Part shown: positions 62,810 to 64,000 of the stretch, one piece after another
Layout: the number at the start of each line of letters is the position of its first letter
How positions within the stretch are numbered: the stretch's first letter is position 1
NCBI RefSeq assembly: GCF_006345805.1
Contig: NW_021833226.1
Span: 14,707 to 78,706 of the forward strand
From: Octopus sinensis
Taxonomy: Eukaryota
Direction of reading: 5' to 3'
DNA: 64,000 nucleotides
The notes under the pieces: generated by a model
Told to the model about the DNA's origin: nothing
Database searches by the model: none
The model's input: the letters and a program-made list of their open reading frames with translations, nothing else
Translations under genes and position numbers: made by a program

Positions 62810-63790
62810 TTTGTGACCATGGGACTTACGATGGAGTTTTAAGCCGAGAATTAACTTGCATTCTTTGCTGCAGCTGCGGCATTGTTTCATCTCCACAGTT
62901 GATTGCCGTCCGTTTGAGCTTTCTCCTTGTTAATGGCGCTTCTGACATTCCATCTATGACTTCTCAGATGAATATTCAGTCCCGCTGCAGATACGCATGG
63001 CTTGAAGAATAAGTGATAGATGAAAGTTGGAACTTCCACTGGACTGATCGGATCACTTTGTGACATATGATCCCCGTTAACTGGGATCCCCGATTTCGTT
63101 ATCTCTTTAGACCCGAAATTGACTTACAAGCCCTTTCACACATTACACACATTGAATTGTCACATCCAGGAGAAAGGATGTTGCATTCTTTTCATTTTTC
63201 ATGGGATTCGTGACGGTTGATACACCCAACCTCGGAAAAGAGTACATAGGCCCATGTTTCACACTTCCAACACTTTATGCTCCCTTTGAGATTCTGACGA
63301 CAACACCTCTGAAGCTAGTGCTTGAGGTTTTCGTGCCCAAGGCGACCCGCTTAAAAAAATCTTGCAACCTTCCAGTATACACTTCTTGCACTCAGCTCTT
63401 CCCAAAGCTAATTCTTCCCAGTTTTTTATATTGACTTGAAGCTCTTTCGAGTTGCAGTCTTTGTACCATTTTGTGGTTTGTGCTGAGGGCGTATTCCAGA
63501 GCACAGCTCACCGTAGAACAACTGCATTGGAAATCCTATTATCTTCCACACACAAACACAACATAGTCTGCCCAACACGTATGAATTGATGCGATGAATG
63601 ATTGGATGCTTGTGCATTCTGCCTTTGCAAGGATCTCAAGTGTTTTACTTTACCACATTTTCAACGAAAGTGCTTAAACCGCTTGATATTCTTACTGTGT
63701 CTTTGTTTCAGAAAAGTATGATAGAGCCATTTGTACACACACATCACTGGAACTGAAAAAAGTTGTAAAACTTTCCAGTTTATCATTTAA
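62810..63790 (-). mobile_element. Degenerate RTE-clade LINE 3' end with C-terminal C2H2 zinc fingers
   Basis: LEILAKAECTSIQSFI, QLFYGELCSGIRPQHKP, YKDC, NIKNWEELALGRAE.KKCILEGC (RTE C-terminal motifs), then four Cx2C...Hx3H-like units; ends next to (TG)n. Confidence 0.85.
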
Positions 63791-64000
63791 GTATATATGC
63801 ACATGTTTAGACATGCAACGATATGCATGAGAATACATGCATAAAACTAAACAAACAAATCTGAACATGAGCTAACTCCAAATATTGCTCATATACACAC
63901 ATACATGCAAAAATACCTTGTTGACGTTGGTGAAATTCTAATGAAGGAGCCTTGGATCGTATTCTTCCGTAATACTCCTTTCGTTTTTTTTTTCCTTCAT

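Overview
Eukaryotic, repeat-saturated, apparently intronic or intergenic DNA. The repeat repertoire (tRNA-derived SINEs with CORE-like middles, abundant (TA)n/(CA)n/(CATA)n/(CTAT)n tracts) looks like an Octopus-type cephalopod genome; this is inferred from recalled repeat families, not from a database search. I could not support any intact host protein-coding gene, and all long ORFs in the track come from simple repeats. Recognisable content: (i) degenerate non-LTR retrotransposon fragments (HERO-like, R4/Dong-like, two RTE-like, one ending in four C2H2 zinc fingers); (ii) DNA transposons (Tc2/pogo-type MITE, a 1.78-kb long-TIR Merlin-like element with 8-bp TSD, non-autonomous Helitrons, a mariner relic); (iii) at least four tRNA-SINE families, with TSD-bounded dimers and head/tail swapping; (iv) Penelope-like relics embedded in (TA)n, one carrying a textbook minimal type I hammerhead ribozyme inside a 93-bp inverted repeat, plus two further hammerhead-like motifs; (v) a 6.4-kb, 52-bp satellite with a ~1.4-kb higher-order period, whose consensus monomer carries a STAT (TTCCGGGAA) and an NF-kB (GGGAAATTCC) consensus site. 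Coordinates were read by eye; the boundaries of degenerate elements are approximate.
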